From an uncultured Gammaproteobacteria bacterium (lineage in GTDB: Bacteria > Pseudomonadota > Gammaproteobacteria > JABCZS01): 64,000 nt of DNA. Both the position numbers and the translations under genes were made by a program. Location: assembly GCA_963848305.1 (NCBI GenBank), contig CAWKDC010000001.1, positions 32,001 through 96,000 on the forward strand. Direction: 5' to 3'. The notes beneath the pieces were generated by a model. That model did no database searches, was not told the DNA's origin, and saw nothing but the letters and a program-made list of their open reading frames with translations. Shown here piece after piece: positions 62,292 to 64,000 of the stretch (position 1 is the stretch's first letter; each line of letters begins with the position of its first letter).

Positions 62292-64000
62292 GCCCCATCC
62301 AAAATGTCAGCCGGAGAGGCTTCCTGATGGGCGTGCTTTCAGGAGGGGCCTTTGTCCTTGGTGCTTACCTTACCCCGAACGCCGCGCAGGCGGCCCCGGA
62401 GGCCGACACTCCCGCCGATCGAGCTGTCTTTCATCCGAACGTGTTTCTTGGTCTCGAGACGGATGGGACGGTTTACATCATTGCGCACCGGTCAGAAATG
62501 GGAAACGGGAGCCGCACCGCTCTGCCTCGCCTTCTGGCGGACGAAATGGATGCGGATTGGAATCGGGTGAAGATCGTTCAAGCCGTGGGCGATCCGCGGT
62601 ACGGGTCGCAGGATACCGACGCGTCGCGCTCCATTCGCGAGTTCTTTACCTTGATGCGCCAAGCCGGGGCCACGGCGCGGCTTATGCTCGTCCGCGCCGG
62701 TGCTGCCCAATGGTCTGTTCCGGTTTCGGAATGCGAATCCGGCCTCCATGTGGTTGTGCACAGGCCGACGCGCCGCCAATGGACCTACGGGGAACTGGCG
62801 CTCGCCGCCTCGAGACTGCCGGTCCCGAGGAAGGAAGAACTGCAACTCAAATCTCGAACCGCGTGGCGGTATACAGGCAAGGACGCAAGTCTTTACGATC
62901 TCAAGGACATTTGCACGGGGAAGGCAATCTATGGCATGGATGCACGACTGGAAGGCATGGTCTATGCGTCGGTTGAGCATCCGCCGGTTCTCGGAGGGAA
63001 AGTGAAATCCTGCCAGGATCAAGATGCCTTGCGAGTGCCGGGCGTGCGGCAAACCGTGCTCATCGAACCCTTCAAGCCTCCGCATGGCTTCCAGCCGCTG
63101 GGTGGGGTGGCGGTGATCGCCGATAACACCTGGGCGACGTTTCAAGGCCGCAAAAAACTTAATGTGGTGTGGGACCATGGGCCGAATGCCGCCTATAACT
63201 CCGATCAATTCAAGAAGGATTTACAGGAAACGGCGCGGCACCCCGGCAAGGTGATGCGCAATGAAGGGGACGTCGATGCGGAGTTTGCCAAGGCCGGGAA
63301 GACGTTTGAAGCCGAGTATTACGTCCCGCACCTTGCCCACGCCACCATGGAGCCGCCGGTGGCGTTAGCAGATTTCCGGGATGGCAAGGTAACTATCTGG
63401 GCGCCCACACAAAATCCCCAGGGCGTACAGCAGGTCATCGCCCAGGCCTTGGGTATTCGCCCGGAGGATGTGACGTGCCATGTCACCCTGCTGGGTGGTG
63501 GATTCGGGCGCAAGTCGTTTTCTGACTTTGCAGCGGAAGCGGCTGTCCTATCCAAGAAACTGGGACAGCCCGTCAAAGTGGTGTGGAGCCGGGAGGATGA
63601 CATCAAGTTTGATTACTACCTCCCCGTCGCAGCCGTGTACTTGAAGGCGGCGCTTGACTCCACGGGCAAACCGACGGCCTGGCTGCAACGTTCCGCATTT
63701 CCTCCGATCAATTCCACGTTTGACAGCGCGGCGCGTTATGGCGGCTGGGAACTCAAAGGAAACTGGATCGAGGTGCCGTTTGATGTCCAGAATCTTCGCG
63801 TCGAGAGTGGCCCCGCCCAAGCTCACGTTCGACTCGGATGGTTGCGGTCAGTGGCGAGCAACTACCATACCTTCGCCGTCCAATCTTTCGTGGATGAACT
63901 CGCGCATCACACCGGCCAGGACTCTCTTGAGTACCTCTTGGAACTTTTCGGACCGCCCCGCATCCTCGATCTCAATATTCCAAATTACCCACCGGAGCCC
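62288..64000 (+). CDS. molybdopterin-binding subunit, xanthine dehydrogenase/IorB family (runs off window)
   Basis: ATGA overlap with the upstream gene; SRRGFL Tat motif; [30 protein letters not shown] translated by eye; no stop before the window end. Confidence 0.9.
   Translation, partial: MSPIQNVSRRGFLMGVLSGGAFVLGAYLTPNAAQAAPEADTPADRAVFHPNVFLGLETDGTVYIIAHRSEMGNGSRTALPRLLADEMDADWNRVKIVQAVGDPRYGSQDTDASRSIREFFTLMRQAGATARLMLVRAGAAQWSVPVSECESGLHVVVHRPTRRQWTYGELALAASRLPVPRKEELQLKSRTAWRYTGKDASLYDLKDICTGKAIYGMDARLEGMVYASVEHPPVLGGKVKSCQDQDALRVPGVRQTVLIEPFKPPHGFQPLGGVAVIADNTWATFQGRKKLNVVWDHGPNAAYNSDQFKKDLQETARHPGKVMRNEGDVDAEFAKAGKTFEAEYYVPHLAHATMEPPVALADFRDGKVTIWAPTQNPQGVQQVIAQALGIRPEDVTCHVTLLGGGFGRKSFSDFAAEAAVLSKKLGQPVKVVWSREDDIKFDYYLPVAAVYLKAALDSTGKPTAWLQRSAFPPINSTFDSAARYGGWELKGNWIEVPFDVQNLRVESGPAQAHVRLGWLRSVASNYHTFAVQSFVDELAHHTGQDSLEYLLELFGPPRILDLNIPNYPPEP

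Overview
This is GC-rich bacterial DNA, most likely Acidobacteriota (inferred from the ADOP permease + PadR pair, BlaI/M56 pair and ASH-repeat lipoprotein). Left to right: a trehalose/osmoprotection cluster (treY, treS, glycosyltransferase, CmpX-like protein); nucleotide-sugar dehydrogenase and SDR; LamG, URO-D-like, cytochrome P460/c'-beta, beta-helix-SPOR and ASH-repeat proteins; leuA; an accessory island at 18.1-23.3 kb; a sugar isomerase; a tetraheme cyt c-NrfC-NrfD module; a ~23 kb Wzx/Wzy-type polysaccharide locus containing a four-helix-bundle gene; tRNA-Asn; a complete ISKra4-like IS; a PP2C phosphatase; ADOP/PadR; and iorAB-like genes. The most unusual features are: (1) an orphan Rhs HExxH toxin + immunity cassette bounded by REP ends and by a full and a partial RAYT transposase; (2) two families of hairpin elements whose spacer is flipped between copies, one nested in a 206-bp MITE that itself sits in a REP; (3) inverted heptamer arrays that either enclose a four-helix-bundle gene or are empty. 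Many genes carry single-base frameshifts that are most plausibly long-read consensus errors. All product calls come from motif recognition, not database searches.
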